Assembly (NCBI GenBank): GCA_964525695.1
Contig: CAZGHW010000007.1
Location: 56,384-120,383 of the forward strand
Reading direction: 5' to 3'
Length of the DNA: 64,000 nucleotides
DNA from: an uncultured Rheinheimera sp.
GTDB lineage: Bacteria; Pseudomonadota; Gammaproteobacteria; Enterobacterales; Alteromonadaceae
In this document: positions 62,811 through 64,000 of the stretch, one piece after another
Numbering within the stretch: the stretch's first letter is position 1
Layout of the letters: each line of letters opens with the position of its first letter
Program-made: the position numbers and the translations under genes
Notes under the pieces: generated by a model
Databases searched by the model: none
Told to the model about the DNA's origin: nothing
The model's input: only the letters and a program-made list of their open reading frames with translations

Positions 62811-63089
62811 ATGGTAAAAATCGAACAGACGCTTCAAATCAGACCGCTGGCCAAAACGGAGCAGCAAACAGCGCCAAACCAGCAATCGCTCACCCGCAGC
62901 CCGGCGTCACAGCCACAATCGGCAATTAGTGGCAGCAGTCAGGCCATTGAACAAGCTTTTGTCGGTTTGGCAGCACAGCCGGAAGTGGATTTGGCCAAAG
63001 TGGCGCAGATTAAACTGGCCTTGGCCAATGGCACTTTTGTGCTGGATGATAGCCAACTGGCGCAAGACATCGTCGACTTTCATAAGTAA
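62811..63089 (+). CDS. flgM: Anti-sigma-28 factor FlgM
   Basis: 92 aa. C-terminal ...EVDLAKVAQIKLALANGTFVLDDSQLAQDIVDF is typical of FlgM. Confidence 0.8.
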   Translation: MVKIEQTLQIRPLAKTEQQTAPNQQSLTRSPASQPQSAISGSSQAIEQAFVGLAAQPEVDLAKVAQIKLALANGTFVLDDSQLAQDIVDFHK

Positions 63090-63138
63090 CAGCTTGCTGG
63101 GATGACAGCACAAATCAGTCATCAGGGTGGAGGCAGCA

Positions 63139-63576
63139 ATGAACCAACAGGCACTGAAACAAATTATCAGCGGTTTAGCCCAGGATAGCGAGCTGCTGGC
63201 GCAACTGGCAACCTTACTGCAACAGCAATATCTGCTGATGAGTCAGCGCAAATCGACTGAGCTGGCACAGCTCAATCAGCAAGCGACAGCTTTGCTGACA
63301 CAGTTGCAACACAATGCCAGTCACCGCACTATCGCGATGCAGCAGCTGCAACAACCGCTGACCGCACAAGGGCTGGACAACCTACTGGCACAATTGCCGG
63401 AACGGATCCGACTGGGCAGTCAGCAACTGCTGCAAAAAGTGCAGCATCACAGCAGTTTATGTCAGCAACTGAATGCCAAAAATGGTGAGTTACTGGCTTA
63501 TCAGCGCCGCTTAATGCAAAAACTACTGGGGTTGCCGGATAAGTCGCAGTATCCGCAATTGCAACTGAGCCGCTAA
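63139..63576 (+). CDS. flgN: FlgK/FlgL chaperone FlgN
   Basis: About 145 aa, helical and Gln-rich, following flgM. ATG 63139; an alternative GTG at 63127. Confidence 0.7.
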   Translation: MNQQALKQIISGLAQDSELLAQLATLLQQQYLLMSQRKSTELAQLNQQATALLTQLQHNASHRTIAMQQLQQPLTAQGLDNLLAQLPERIRLGSQQLLQKVQHHSSLCQQLNAKNGELLAYQRRLMQKLLGLPDKSQYPQLQLSR

Positions 63577-63581
63577 CGGGC

Positions 63582-64000
63582 TCAGTTGCTTATGGCAACA
63601 CTGCTGTGGCTGGCAGCACTGTGCTGCGCCGCCGCGAGCACCAGCATCAATTGCCGGATCTCATCCCTGCGCACCGGTAGTTCAGCTTGACCTTGTAACG
63701 CCTGACAAAATTGCTGATAAAAGCGCTGATAATTACCCGCCTGGGTTGGCAGCCGTTGTGGATCTGCGAAGTGCGCCAGCCACAATTCCCCATCTTGTTC
63801 GGCGCTCGTGACGCCATAGCCTGCTTGACCTGGCCTGAGCCCCGCTTTTAATTGCGGCTCTTGTGGATCCAGGCCAAATTTACGGTAACAGCCCTGATCC
63901 CCCTGCAGCATAAAACGTTGGGTGTCAAAACCATTGACCGGACTGGACGCCAGCACCACTTCAAGCCCGGCGTAATGCAACTGCAGCTGAAAATAATCCG
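63582..64000 (-). CDS. C-terminal part of a Gfo/Idh/MocA-type oxidoreductase (5' end outside window)
   Basis: The reading frame stays open to the window edge. The tail ...GNYQRFYQQFCQALQGQAELPV..DEIRQLMLVLAAAQHSA resembles the C-terminal domain of YdgJ/YhhX-like dehydrogenases (recalled from memory). Confidence 0.45.
   Translation of the reverse strand, partial: DYFQLQLHYAGLEVVLASSPVNGFDTQRFMLQGDQGCYRKFGLDPQEPQLKAGLRPGQAGYGVTSAEQDGELWLAHFADPQRLPTQAGNYQRFYQQFCQALQGQAELPVRRDEIRQLMLVLAAAQHSAASHSSVAISN

Noticed and set aside
1-64000. Scan for rRNA, tRNA, CRISPR arrays, integrases and prophage genes.
   Set aside because: I saw no cloverleaf-like or rRNA-like conserved segments, no regularly spaced direct repeats with unique spacers, and no integrase or phage structural genes. 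The only tandem repeats are those reported at 25694-25764 and 51419-51706.

Overview
Gammaproteobacterial chromosome segment, apparently from an aquatic or marine, Alteromonadales-like organism; no species call is possible. It has four parts. (1) 1-14.2 kb is a beta-glucoside/beta-glucan utilisation region. It holds a GH3-like gene tail, a GNAT gene and a LacI-MFS(GPH)-GH1 operon. Next to these is a TonB-dependent receptor operon with two flavin-halogenase homologues, SapC, a JmjC-type cupin and a further HxD..H protein. Near-identical LacI-type operators sit about 100 bp upstream of both operons. (2) 14.4-24.7 kb is mostly housekeeping: VOC, ChrR-like cupin, SelO, a LysR-controlled MBL-fold/DsbA-like pair, two tandem Rnk (GreA/B-like) paralogues, a Fur-box siderophore receptor and a solute-binding protein. 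(3) 24.7-28.5 kb is a small, visibly AT-richer mosaic island. It carries the prlF-yhaV toxin-antitoxin pair, an HUH/Y1 transposase-like gene, and an orphan RHS C-terminal toxin tip with an ankyrin-repeat putative immunity gene. (4) 28.5-63.6 kb is a complete lateral-type (laf/Flag-2-like) flagellar system in one block: motY-lafK-fliEFGHIJ; fliT-K-L-A-motAB-pilZ-fliMNPQR-flhBA; lafA, fliDS, flgBCDEFGHIJKL-lafW-like and flgAMN. New regulatory observations in this block are a paired palindrome (GCGGAAG-N5-CTTCCGC) about 90-100 bp upstream of two sigma-54 promoters, two sigma-28-like promoters sharing a non-canonical -10 (GGTCGCT), and a REP-like hairpin/duplication cluster upstream of the flagellin gene. 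No rRNA, tRNA or CRISPR array was seen. All family calls come from reading motifs by eye, and no searches were run.
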